DNA from: Candidatus Saccharimonadota bacterium
GTDB lineage: Bacteria; Patescibacteriota; Gracilibacteria; Absconditabacterales; Absconditicoccaceae
Direction: 5' to 3'
Assembly (NCBI GenBank): GCA_030429145.1
Contig: JAUIDC010000001.1
Location: forward strand, 420,001-452,000
DNA: 32,000 nucleotides
This document shows, piece after piece, positions 18,617-27,138 of the stretch. Numbering within the stretch: position 1 is the first letter of the stretch; each line of letters opens with the position of its first letter. The notes under the pieces are model-generated. The model saw only the letters and a program-made list of their open reading frames with translations, was not told where the DNA came from and ran no database searches. Made by a program: the position numbers and the translations under genes.

Positions 18617-20506
18617 ATGATCCTAGAAAATTATAAAAAACAGTTTGCGGAGCTTTTGGCAAAGAAGGTAGAGCTGTCCGCTGAAGAGATAGAAGGGCTT
18701 ATCGAGTATCCGCCACAGACGGATATGGGAGATTTGGCGTTTCCGTGTTTTTCATTGGCAAAGACAATGAAGAAGGCGCCGCCGATGATTGCACAGGAGC
18801 TCTCAGAGTGACTAGAGGCAGAGTGATTTACAAAGATTGTGCAGATGGGGCCGTATGTAAATGCATTCATTGATAAGTCTGTTTTTGTGAAAGATATACT
18901 GACTAGCGAAGCGAAACAGCAAAAAAACAGTCAGAAAGTACTCCTTGAGTACATGGGATGAAATCCCAATAAGCCACTGCATGTAGGACATGCGAGAAAT
19001 GTATGTTTGGGTGATACACTGCGCCGTACATTTCAGTATTTGTGATATGATATTACGTGTTCGCACTATGGAGATGATAGTGGTGTGAATGTTGGATATA
19101 ATATTGTGGGACATTTGTATTATGACATTCCATTGGAGAGTGAAAAGAAGTTTGATCACTACTGTGGAGATGTTTACCTGAAGATGCGTCAGCAGGATGA
19201 AGATCCAGTGTTTAAGGAGCGCTTGAGCAAGGTACTACTGGCTATAGAAAAGGCGAATGACCCTGAGATAACCAAGCTTCACAAAGAGTACGTAAAGAAA
19301 TGTACGATAGAACAACTTCGTACCTGTTGGAGACTTGGTGCGTCATTTGATATGATTAACTGGGAGACAGACATATTACATCTCGATCTCTTTGCAGAGG
19401 CTTTGGAGATGCTCAAAAAAGATGGGCATGTGAAGTTTATGGAAGAGGGAGACGCAAAAGGATGTTGGATCATTGATCTTTCGTCGCTACCTGAATATGC
19501 AAAAGAAGAAAAGCAGTATCAGATACTCGTAAAGTCAGACGGTGTCGCTACCTATGTGGCAAAAGATATCGCTTTTGCGATGTGGAAGCTCGGCTTTCTG
19601 CAGAAACAGTTTCATTTTCACTCGTTCACGAAAGAACCTTCGGGAAATGTTGTCTACTCGACGACCTCTGATGCGTCTCTTGATGAGAATAAAGAGTTTG
19701 GGAACGCTGATATAGCTATTACTATCATAGACAATCGTCAACTCCCTGCGCAGTCGGTAGTAAGATCGTCTATGCAGCTGATGCACTTGTTGACAGAGAA
19801 AAAAGACTATCAACCGCTTGGCTATGGTGTACTTTATCTGACTCCAAAGACACTGTTACAGTCAGGGTTTTCGCTTACTGATGAGGAGAAAGAGCAAAGC
19901 CGTCTTCCATTTGCTTCGCGTAAATGATGGACAGTAACGGTTGATCAAATGCTTGACCTCCTACAAGAGAGAGCCTATGAGGAAACAAAGAAGCGTAATG
20001 CTGACAAGGATGAAGAGCGGCTTCGTGCAACTGCAGAGAAGATTGCCATCTCGTCGCTCAGATTTTTCCTTACGAAGACCGATCTGATAAAAGATATTAC
20101 ATTTGATATCGATGAGGTGCTGGATATGGAAGGAGAGACCGGTGCGTATGTGCTCTATACCTATGCCAGACTTCTTAGCGTGCTCAACCAAAATGGTTAT
20201 AGCGCAGATGCAACAAAAGATATCGACTACTCACTCCTCACTGATGAGACAGAGCGGGAGATTGTCAAAGAAATTGATTCGTTTTCTCATGTGATGAGCC
20301 AGGCAAAAGAGGGACTTGCGCCACACCTTGTGTGTCGTTATGTGCTTGGTATGGCGTCATTGTTTAATAAGTACTATAGCAAGGTGAACATTAAGCAAAG
20401 CGATGAGGCGAATAGGTCAGCAAGACTTATGTTGCTCGGGAAACTACAAGAGACATTGCTACAGGCAATGCATATCATAGGGTTGCAGGAAGTAGAGAGA
20501 ATGTAA
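18617..20506 (+). CDS. argS: Arginyl-tRNA synthetase (629 aa)
   Basis: Track fragments 18617-18811, 19085-19927 and 19949-20506 are in one frame. Five in-frame TGA codons are the only interruptions, and the gene ends in TAA 20504-20506. The HIGH-type motif is NPNKPLHVGHARN. Other signatures are FASRK-G-WTV at the 19925 junction and a class I anticodon-binding C-terminus ending QEVERM. Confidence 0.95.
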
Positions 20507-20582
20507 AAATTTTCGTCACATTTCAATAGTAGAGTCGTTTGAGATAGTAAGAAGATATTTTTATCCTTTTATTGTAATAAAA

Positions 20583-21524
20583 ATGACAAAAAAACTTTTG
20601 GTTGGAGCGTTTCTCGCCTTTTTTGGGCTAGCTATGGTTAACGTAACATTCGCAAATCATGAAAATATCGCATGTACCATGCAGTATGATCCTGTATGTG
20701 GAACCGATGGGAAGACTTATGGTAACGCATGTACAGCAGGTGCGGCTCATGCAGAGATTGCTTATGAGGGAGAGTGTAAAGCAGAAGACAAACCAGCTGT
20801 ATGTACAAAAGAGTACAGACCAGTGTGTGGAGAGGTGCAGGTACAGTGTGTGACAGCGCCTTGTTATCCAGTACAGCAGACTTTTGGAAACAGATGTATG
20901 GCTGAGGCAGCTGATGCTATGAACATCCAAGAAGGAGCATGTGATGCTCAGTCTCAAGATCTCGTAGGAACGCAATGGGAGCTCAAGATGTTCAATGGTG
21001 AGCCAGTGGAAGGAAAGAGTACATTGCAGTTTGAAGCTGACTCTTTCTCAGCAAAGGTATGTAACAATAAAGGTGGAGATTATCAGCTTTCAGGTAACAT
21101 CATCTTTGCAGACAGGGTATTTACGACTGAGATGTTTTGTCTTGGACCAGTAGGCACATATGAGGCGGCTTTTGATCTCAATGGCTCTCTCTACAATGTC
21201 TTTGGTAACAGACTCACTATTGATACGGTCGATGGAGATAGATTTACATGGAAGAAAGCAAGAGCGAGAGTTGAACTTCCTGTTTCAAGAGAGTGGAAGA
21301 GGTACGGACGTACTATCTGGCAACTCAATCAAATTGCTGAAGCAAAAGGATATGACACTGTAGAAGAGAAAAAGTCTATGGCGACAGATATCCTTGAGAG
21401 AATTAACTACTTCCTTTCGGTAAGCACTATGACTCGTCTAGGAAATATAAGAATCATGTATATCAAAGCTGCTGTACAGTTCTATCACGACCATATTGGT
21501 GAAGGGGTGTTTGATAACTTCTAA
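20583..21524 (+). CDS. Secreted protein with two Kazal-type inhibitor-like modules, a META (HslJ-like) domain, and an unknown C-terminal domain
   Basis: 313 codons with no internal TGA, ending in TAA. The signal peptide is MTKKLLVGAFLAFFGLAMVNVTFA. The first Kazal module is CTMQYDPVCGTDGKTYGNACTAGAAHAEIAYEGEC. The second Cys-rich module is CTKEYRPVCGE...CYPVQQTFGNRCMAEAADAMNIQEGAC. The META-like region is LVGTQWELKMFNG...KVCNNKGGDYQLSG...TTEMFCLGP...LTIDT. Confidence 0.8.
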   Translation: MTKKLLVGAFLAFFGLAMVNVTFANHENIACTMQYDPVCGTDGKTYGNACTAGAAHAEIAYEGECKAEDKPAVCTKEYRPVCGEVQVQCVTAPCYPVQQTFGNRCMAEAADAMNIQEGACDAQSQDLVGTQWELKMFNGEPVEGKSTLQFEADSFSAKVCNNKGGDYQLSGNIIFADRVFTTEMFCLGPVGTYEAAFDLNGSLYNVFGNRLTIDTVDGDRFTWKKARARVELPVSREWKRYGRTIWQLNQIAEAKGYDTVEEKKSMATDILERINYFLSVSTMTRLGNIRIMYIKAAVQFYHDHIGEGVFDNF

Positions 21525-21640
21525 ACGAAAAACCGACTCCGCTGAGTACAGAAGAGCCGGTGTTCGGATAGTTAGTAAGCACAATCCAACAAAAATAGTA
21601 CATATTATATGGAGGAATACAAGAAGAGCTAGTTGTAAGA

Positions 21641-21667
21641 AAACCCTGTCCTCAAGACAGGGTTTTT
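21641..21667. terminator. Bidirectional intrinsic terminator between the Kazal/META and MIP genes
   Basis: AAACCCTGTC-CTCAA-GACAGGGTTT, a perfect 10-bp stem followed by a T-run. It lies between the convergent stops at 21524 and 21690. Confidence 0.8.
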
Positions 21668-21689
21668 CTCTTATTTGAGCAATTATTCT

Positions 21690-22310
21690 TTATTTGTCTT
21701 TACAGTTGCACGCATTCACCCATCCTGCTACTGCGCCTCCAGCAACTGTTGCTACGAGGAACATCCACAGATAAGGAAGTGTGATTCCTCCGTCGAGTGC
21801 ATCGATGAGGATCGGTCCTACTGCTACGGCAGGGTTGAACACACCAGCACTTATTGCGCCGACGGACATGATACCAACAAATACGGTTAAGCCGATAGCA
21901 AGTCCCCGGTAGCTATTTTCTTTCACTTCTTTAGCGAAAGCTGTTCGATAAACAACCATAGCAAGGAGAAATGTGAAGATAAACTCAGCTACGAGTATCT
22001 GCCATACAGCTACGCCGTCATTTGGGAGAACAAGCATCGTTGATCCTCTGAGGAGCCGGTAGATAAGAGCGCCAAGCAGACCTCCGATCAACTGCCAAAT
22101 CCAATACTTTGCTGCCACAGACCAAGTCACTTTCTTGCTAATAGCGAGGGAGAGTGTTACTGCTGGATTGAGATGTCCGCCAGATAGTGGTCCTGTCACA
22201 TAGACCAAGATAGCTAGTGCGATACCGACAGTCAGTGCATCGCCACCACTCAGTCCAATAATCAATACGAAGAGCATGACACCCAAAAACTCTGCAATAT
22301 ACTTCTTCAT
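21690..22310 (-). CDS. MIP-family channel (aquaporin/glycerol-facilitator type)
   Basis: It has two NPA boxes (GGHLNPAVTL and GVFNPAVAVG) and six hydrophobic helices, and ends in TAA 21690-21692. The track ORF starts at 22412, but the family-typical N-terminus MKKYIAEFLGV begins at ATG 22308-22310. ATG 22317-22319 is an alternative start. Confidence 0.85.
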   Translation of the reverse strand: MKKYIAEFLGVMLFVLIIGLSGGDALTVGIALAILVYVTGPLSGGHLNPAVTLSLAISKKVTWSVAAKYWIWQLIGGLLGALIYRLLRGSTMLVLPNDGVAVWQILVAEFIFTFLLAMVVYRTAFAKEVKENSYRGLAIGLTVFVGIMSVGAISAGVFNPAVAVGPILIDALDGGITLPYLWMFLVATVAGGAVAGWVNACNCKDK

Positions 22311-22424
22311 GAAAAACATAGATAAAAAATAAATACTAACTTCATATCTATCCTGCGCACTGTTGCAATACCAAATCAAATCATTACAACTAATATACTT
22401 CTTTATTACCAATATTATTCAAGG

Positions 22425-22835
22425 ATGTCAGATGGACTTAAAAGAACGATAGCGGCTATTATAGGAACGGCTGGTATTGCATACATAGCGTGGCTTATTG
22501 CGCAGGGACAAAGATTCGTTCCAGAGCAGTATGCCGCTAATGAACTTGTTATAGGCATTGTCTTTATTGCTCTTTTCTTTTTCTTTGTACTCTGGCTAGC
22601 AATCAGACCGCTTGCTATAAAAAGAGTGAAGCGATGGGTAGTGCTTTATGCGATTGTGCTTATCTTGCTTGCAAACTACTTCCTTATCGACAAAGCCGAT
22701 CAAGGAATCTATGCTGGAGATATCGTTTCAGTTATAGGGGTCATTATCTTCTTCCTCGCTATCTCAGGTGTGATCCTCACAAAGAAAGCAAAGAAGAAGT
22801 TGGAGTCAAGAATACAGGAGGTTATAGAGGTGTAG
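22425..22835 (+). CDS. Hypothetical integral membrane protein (4 TM helices)
   Basis: 136 codons ending in TAG. It has four long hydrophobic segments and a basic C-terminal tail (KKAKKKLESR). I recognise no family. Confidence 0.55.
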   Translation: MSDGLKRTIAAIIGTAGIAYIAWLIAQGQRFVPEQYAANELVIGIVFIALFFFFVLWLAIRPLAIKRVKRWVVLYAIVLILLANYFLIDKADQGIYAGDIVSVIGVIIFFLAISGVILTKKAKKKLESRIQEVIEV

Positions 22836-22902
22836 GTCCTTGTTAATCTTGCACTTTCGGAGAAAATCACTATAAGTTTCTTCCCCGAGCAATCGGGGCT
22901 AT

Positions 22903-22979
22903 GCGGAATTAGCTCAATTGGCTAGAGCGTGTCCTTGCCAAGGACAAGGTTGCGAGTTCGAGCCTCGTATTCCGCTCCA
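22903..22979 (+). tRNA. tRNA-Gly (anticodon GCC), with encoded CCA
   Basis: Acceptor GCGGAAT/ATTCCGC. D arm GCTC-AATTGGCTA-GAGC. Anticodon arm TGTCC-TTGCCAA-GGACA. T arm GCGAG-TTCGAGC-CTCGT. Discriminator T followed by CCA. This is the ordinary GGY reader, not the UCA tRNA needed to decode UGA. Confidence 0.9.
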
Positions 22980-22980
22980 A

Positions 22981-23007
22981 AAAAACGACCTGTATGAGTC
23001 GTTTTTT
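22981..23007 (+). terminator. Intrinsic terminator after tRNA-Gly
   Basis: AAAACGAC-CTGTATGA-GTCGTTTT hairpin followed by a run of T. Confidence 0.75.
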
Positions 23008-23083
23008 TGATTGTCGAGAAGCCTTGCAAACGAGATTATAAGTATTATACAATAGGTGTTTTTATCTTTTCTCAATATTTATT

Positions 23084-23338
23084 ATGGCAGAAAGACATAA
23101 TAGCGGAGGAAATTTGATTGTAGCATTGATCATTGCGATCATTGTCGGTTTAGTGGTTTTCTTCCTCCTTGATAGCAAACCAGTTGGTCAGCCTGACGAC
23201 CAAAATCCTTTGATGACAGGTAATGAAGCAATGATGGAAGACGACACTAATACTGAAGACACGAATAATGAAGGAGACGAGATGATGTCAGGAGAGATTG
23301 ATGCTGGGATTGAAGTAGATGCGGGAGTAACTCCATAA
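23084..23338 (+). CDS. Small N-terminally anchored acidic protein (84 aa)
   Basis: ATG 23084 to a TAA stop. It has one TM helix (LIVALIIAIIVGLVVFFLL) followed by a very acidic, Met/Asp/Glu-rich tail. I recognise no family. Confidence 0.5.
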   Translation: MAERHNSGGNLIVALIIAIIVGLVVFFLLDSKPVGQPDDQNPLMTGNEAMMEDDTNTEDTNNEGDEMMSGEIDAGIEVDAGVTP

Positions 23339-23424
23339 TAGTAAGTTTTTTGGAGAGTAGAGAGATTCCTGTAGTGGAGTTGTTATTTGTTGTGTGATAA
23401 AATTTATATTATTATTTTTCTTTC

Positions 23425-23946
23425 ATGAACGAACAGCATGGTGCCAGTCATTCGCACCACACACATCATTTCCGTCATAGACGGGGATTTTTACATGACC
23501 TAGAGAAACTAGGTGACGAGCATCTGGTAAGGAAAGCTCCTTTGCAGATACCACATAAGTGGAAAGCTATCATAGCGAAATTGCTACCGATACTTGTTTT
23601 GGTGGTGGCTATTGTATCGGTTCCAGGTATCGTTGCGTGAGCGTTGTTTGTGCTTGGCTTTGCTGGTCATGGTATGATGGGGTACGGAGGTGTCTATAAT
23701 TCGTATCGAGCGGCGGCATATCCGATAGTGTTGATCCAGTTGGCCATCACGATAGCGATTACAGTCTTCTACTTTAAGGCATTCAACCTGCTCAGAGCAA
23801 AGAAATATCTGGGGTGGGTCTATGTATTTTATGGTGGACTTTTGGGCCTTGTGGTCAATCTGATAGATGGAGGGATCGTATGAGCCTTAGTGTGATTTTT
23901 GATAAGTATGTACCTGCTGTTTCAGGCGAAAGAATTGTATCATTAA
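23425..23946 (+). CDS. Hypothetical membrane protein with a His-rich N-terminus (173 aa)
   Basis: Track ORFs 23425-23640 and 23644-23883 are in the same frame. TGA at 23638, 23881 and 23893 are read through to TAA 23944-23946. The N-terminus is HGASHSHHTHHFRHRR, followed by four hydrophobic helices. Confidence 0.6.
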
Positions 23947-23960
23947 ATATGACATTATAA

Positions 23961-23986
23961 AAAATCCGACCAGCTGGTCGGATTTT
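23961..23986. terminator. Bidirectional intrinsic terminator between the convergent genes ending at 23946 and 23989
   Basis: AAAATCCGACCA-GC-TGGTCGGATTTT, a perfect 12-bp palindromic stem that includes the A/T runs. Confidence 0.75.
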
Positions 23987-23988
23987 TC

Positions 23989-24435
23989 TTATTGAGCGTC
24001 TTCTGTATTCATCTGTCTTCATTTTAGTGATAGTATCAGGATGGTGATGATGATACCCGTGCAGAGCAAACAGAGGAGGCAAAATGATTTGATGACAATA
24101 GCTTCTGTGAAAATGAAGTAGGTATTGAAGAGTAATCCTGCAGCTGAAAGATAGGTGAGAATATCATATGCCTTTGCTGATCTTCTCTTTTTGAGCCCCC
24201 AGATAGCTATGGCTATGAGAACAGGATAGACGACTAGTGCTATCGCGGGAAATGGAATGGAACCAAACCATGCCTGCGGAGTCGTAAAGACATTTGAGCA
24301 CGAGATAGTGCTTGATATGTCGCAGAATCATTTTGCATCAGTGTTATCCCTCACTTTGAGCGCAAGCTCGGTGAGATATGATGCATTGATGAATGCAACG
24401 ATGCTGAGTATGATGATAACGTGTAGTTTTCTCAT
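23989..24435 (-). CDS. Vitamin K epoxide reductase (VKOR)-family thiol oxidoreductase homolog (148 aa)
   Basis: This gene is not in the ORF track because it is broken by two TGA codons. Reading the minus strand from ATG 24433-24435 to TAA 23989-23991 gives MRKLHVIIILSIVAFINASYLTELALK...AK-G-FCDISSTISCSNVFTTPQAW...IKSFCLLCLLCTG. That is four TM helices, a loop Cys pair, and a CxxC motif (CLLC) at the start of the last helix, as in VKOR. Confidence 0.7.
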
Positions 24436-24497
24436 GGCGGAGACATTAATGCTGTAAATTGCTTTGTTTTTACGTTTCTATTAAGCATTTTCAATCT

Positions 24498-24527
24498 AAA
24501 AAGTAGCGCATAGATAAAGCGCTACTT
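24498..24527 (-). terminator. Intrinsic terminator downstream of the 151-aa gene
   Basis: AAAGTAGCGC-loop-GCGCTACTTT, a perfect 10-bp stem flanked by A and T runs, 15 nt after the stop at 24542. Confidence 0.7.
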
Positions 24528-24541
24528 TGATAGTCTCTGGC

Positions 24542-24997
24542 TTACTCATTGACTGCCTTGATGGTTGTTTTTGAGAAAACTCGTTTGTTCTCATCGGAGA
24601 TGATAAATTCCCATGTCTCCTTGTTGTCTTCGGTGATGTTAAGAGTTGCGGTAAACTCGTAACTCATGTCGGGCTCTAGGGGGATATATATGTCAGATGA
24701 TATTCTATACCCTTTTTGTTTTGTTTGTGTGATAGCTTCTCTGCGTATTCTCCCTGCGTTCCATGCCGCACCAAGCGTTACAAAGATCTGCTGTAAAAAC
24801 TCTACAATGCTGACATAGTTGATGTGTCCTCTCTGTGCTATTTTGATGTCTTTTGCCGGAAATACACAAATCCCTTTGATGCTTTCTGTTTTGTCTTGCC
24901 TTGTGTAAACAATTGGACTGTCTGGATCGAGGTAGTGTGGTGCAGGAATCTTGTCTGCATAGTCCTTAAAGTACAATGTTGTTGTTTCTGTTATCAT
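24542..24997 (-). CDS. Hypothetical protein, possibly hotdog-fold-like (151 aa)
   Basis: An intact ORF with ATG 24995-24997 and no TGA. The segment GHINYVSIVEFLQQIFVTLGAAW is vaguely reminiscent of the central-helix region of hotdog dehydratases/thioesterases. The assignment is weak. Confidence 0.5.
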   Translation of the reverse strand: MITETTTLYFKDYADKIPAPHYLDPDSPIVYTRQDKTESIKGICVFPAKDIKIAQRGHINYVSIVEFLQQIFVTLGAAWNAGRIRREAITQTKQKGYRISSDIYIPLEPDMSYEFTATLNITEDNKETWEFIISDENKRVFSKTTIKAVNE

Positions 24998-25074
24998 ATT
25001 CTTTTGTTTTAGTTATACGGCAAATTATGTATCAAAGTGAATAGATATCAATACTTAATATGTAAAATATGCCG

Positions 25075-25102
25075 TTGAAAAATATCGGCAATATTCTATA
25101 AT
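25075..25102 (+). promoter_or_regulatory. Candidate promoter of the TrmB-family regulator gene
   Basis: TTGAAA (25075-25080), a 16-nt spacer, then TATAAT (25097-25102). The spacer contains a short inverted repeat, AATAT-CGGCA-ATATT, which could be an operator. Confidence 0.4.
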
Positions 25103-25129
25103 AAATTTATTTAGCCATAAGTATATTAT

Positions 25130-25873
25130 ATGGAGCTTGAAAAAATACTGTCAGAATTTGGCTTTTCAGAAAGAGAGGCAAAGATTTATTTAGCTATTTT
25201 ATCTTTGCCGGAGGCGACGATAGCTGCGATCGTAAGAAAGTGTAAAGAGAAGAGGTCGACGGTATATAGTGTTGTTAAAGAGTTGGTGCGTAAAAATTTT
25301 GTTTCAGAGGTTTCTAAAAATAAAGTGCTTTCTTATAAGGCCGTAGAGCCTAGTAGAATCTTAGATGCTTTTGAGGAGCGTTCAGCTTTATTTAAATCGC
25401 TCTTGCCCCTTTTTAGCGTATATATGGAAAAAGAGTGAGTCGCTCCCAAGGTCGAATTCTATGAGTGAATAGAGGGTGTAAAAAGTATGTATAATGACAT
25501 ACTCACTTCCTTGGAACCAGTAAAGGCTTTCTTGTGAACGTTGGTATTTCCAGAGGAGATAAAACGTTATATTTATAATAGTTATTACCCTGTAAAGGTA
25601 AAAAATAATGTGTTCTCGCAAACTATTGTTGCAGATTCTATAAAGAACAAAACCTTAATAAAAAAAGAAAAAGACTCCTTATATAAGAGAGATAGGAGAA
25701 TTGTGGCAGGATTGTCGTTTCCTAGCGATATTATTATAAATATGTATGGTCCCAACAAGATTATGTTGGTGGCATTCGCTAATAACCGCCCCTTTGGGGT
25801 GGTTATTTCTAGTATATATTTTTATGAGACTATGGTCAGCATGTTTGATTTTTTGTGGAAGCTGGGTAGGTAA
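25130..25873 (+). CDS. TrmB-family transcriptional regulator (247 aa)
   Basis: Track ORFs 25130-25438 and 25541-25873 are in the same frame. TGA at 25436, 25466 and 25538 are the only interruptions, and the gene ends in TAA. The N-terminal winged HTH, LSEFGFSEREAKIYLAILSLPEATIAAIVRKCKEKRSTVYSVVKELVRKNFV, is classic TrmB. Confidence 0.75.
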
Positions 25874-25887
25874 GCGGCCAATATTGA

Positions 25888-26868
25888 CTATTTCACAGCA
25901 ACGAAATAAGCAATGTCACAGTTGTTAACATAGTTGAGCCAGTACTCTGACGGATATTCGTTGATACCTTCAGGGGAGATGAGAGGCTTTTTTCGTTCTA
26001 CAGAGCTGTATCAAAGATCGAGAAGGGTTTTTTCGATGGTCTGTTTCCTATAGAAGCAAGAATAGAGTGTACACAAGAGATTGTTACCGTTGAACAGTTG
26101 GAGTTCGAGAAGCGCCCCATCGTTCATCTTGCCAGAAGGAATGGTTTTTATAGATCAGTACTCTTTGTTGTTGTGTACGATGTCATGAGGAGCGTCAATA
26201 AGTCCAACTAATTTACCTCACTTCTTTAAAGAGTCGTAAAAGTTTTTAAATAATAGTTTGAGTTCTTTTGTGCTTTTCGAGTAGTTGATGACAAAAGGTG
26301 CACAAATGCTGTCGAGTCATGCTGGTGGATAGTTATACTGTCGCATGTCAGAGAGGATGTAGTCAACATTGGGGACTCATAGGTGTTTGCCAATCTTCTT
26401 TGCTCATTCAATCTGTTTAAAAGTGTTGTCTATCGCCAGTATCTTTTTGCTGTATTTTGCCAATGCGTGTGTAAAATATCCGGTTCAGCATCCTATGTCT
26501 GCTATGATATCTTCGGTTTGTGGGTTGAGGTAGTGGAGCATCGTATAGAGCATGCTATATTGTTTGTCTGGTTTGATGTCGGTTTGTAGATAGGATGAAA
26601 AAAGCGCAGTGTAGTTGTTGATGTGAGACATTCCAATGTCTTTCTTCAAGAGAAGATTGAAAATGTTTGTGTATTGTTGTATTCTTATTTGAATGGTGTT
26701 GGTAATAATGTCTTCGTCGTCGCTTTGTGAAAGATCTTTTTGTGTACGCAAAAATCTGCTGATTGTAGAGGGATTTCTTTGCATTTGACGAGCGATACCT
26801 CTGTGCGAAACTCCTGCATGAAAGAGGCTGATAATTTGTTGCTTTTCGGTGTCAGTAAGATGGGTCAT
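25888..26868 (-). CDS. Fusion protein: N-terminal IS30-like/sigma-region-4-like HTH and a class I SAM-dependent methyltransferase (326 aa)
   Basis: Track ORF 26485-26868 continues through seven TGA codons (26485, 26404, 26377, 26317, 26218, 26155, 26011) to TAG 25888-25890. I walked it codon by codon. The HTH is MTHLTDTEKQQIISLFHAGVSHRGIARQMQRNPSTISRFL. Methyltransferase motif I is IADIGC-G-TGYFTHALA. Later segments are LDSICAPFVINY and GGKLVGLIDAP. Confidence 0.7.
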
Positions 26869-26944
26869 AATAAGGGAAGTGTTGATTAAATACGTTATGG
26901 CAACTGGTTAATCATGATGTGAGAAATTATATATTGCTGTAAAT

Positions 26945-26976
26945 AAAAAACAACACCTTTGTTGGTCAAAGTGTTG
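26945..26976 (-). terminator. Minus-strand intrinsic terminator, the likely end of the thrS transcript
   Basis: On the minus strand the sequence reads CAACACTTTG-ACCAA-CAAAGGTGTTG (one bulged G) followed by TTTTTTATTT. It lies about 160 nt downstream of the thrS stop. Confidence 0.6.
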
Positions 26977-27042
26977 CTTTTGCTGGTGCTATTATCATGA
27001 GAAAACGCTTGTAATCTTTCTATATTACTCTATAATCTCCTT

Positions 27043-27133
27043 GCATCTCATAAGACGCAGGGGAGAGAAAGGGGTGTTGAGTAAACATAGGTAAACGGCA
27101 CGAGGCTTCGGGTTTTCCCGGCCTCGTTTTTTT
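27043..27133 (+). ncRNA. Candidate ~90-nt small RNA, defined by a promoter and a terminator, antisense to the thrS 3' region
   Basis: A plus-strand promoter, TTGTAA (27009-27014), 16-nt spacer, TATAAT (27031-27036), is followed about 60 nt later by a strong GC hairpin ACGAGGC-TT-CGGG-TTTT-CCCG-GCCTCGT (27100-27127) and a T7 tract (27127-27133). There is no plus-strand ORF or gene downstream. The body is purine-rich (CAGGGGAGAGAAAGGGGTG). The class is unknown. Confidence 0.3.
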
Positions 27134-27138
27134 ATTGC

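Noticed and set aside
18617-20506. Essential genes (argS, thrS, gltX, ruvX, tsaB-like) appear split into 2-4 ORFs each, which could be read as pseudogenes or as a badly assembled or decaying genome.
   Set aside because: All fragments of each gene are in one frame and are separated only by TGA, never by TAA/TAG or frameshifts. The TGA positions also fall on conserved Gly residues. Codon reassignment explains the pattern better than pseudogenisation.
22883-22898. A perfect CCCCGA-GCAA-TCGGGG hairpin (GNRA tetraloop) 5 nt upstream of tRNA-Gly, considered as the terminator of the 22425-22835 gene.
   Set aside because: No U-tract follows it; the tRNA starts almost immediately. It may be a processing or stability element of the tRNA precursor, but I cannot assign it a function from sequence alone.
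26485-26868. An IS30-family transposase or insertion sequence, suggested by the N-terminal HTH of the 127-aa track ORF.
   Set aside because: Reading through the TGA codons gives a SAM-methyltransferase body (DIGCGTG motif), not a DDE catalytic domain. I saw no terminal inverted repeats or target-site duplication around 25888-26868.
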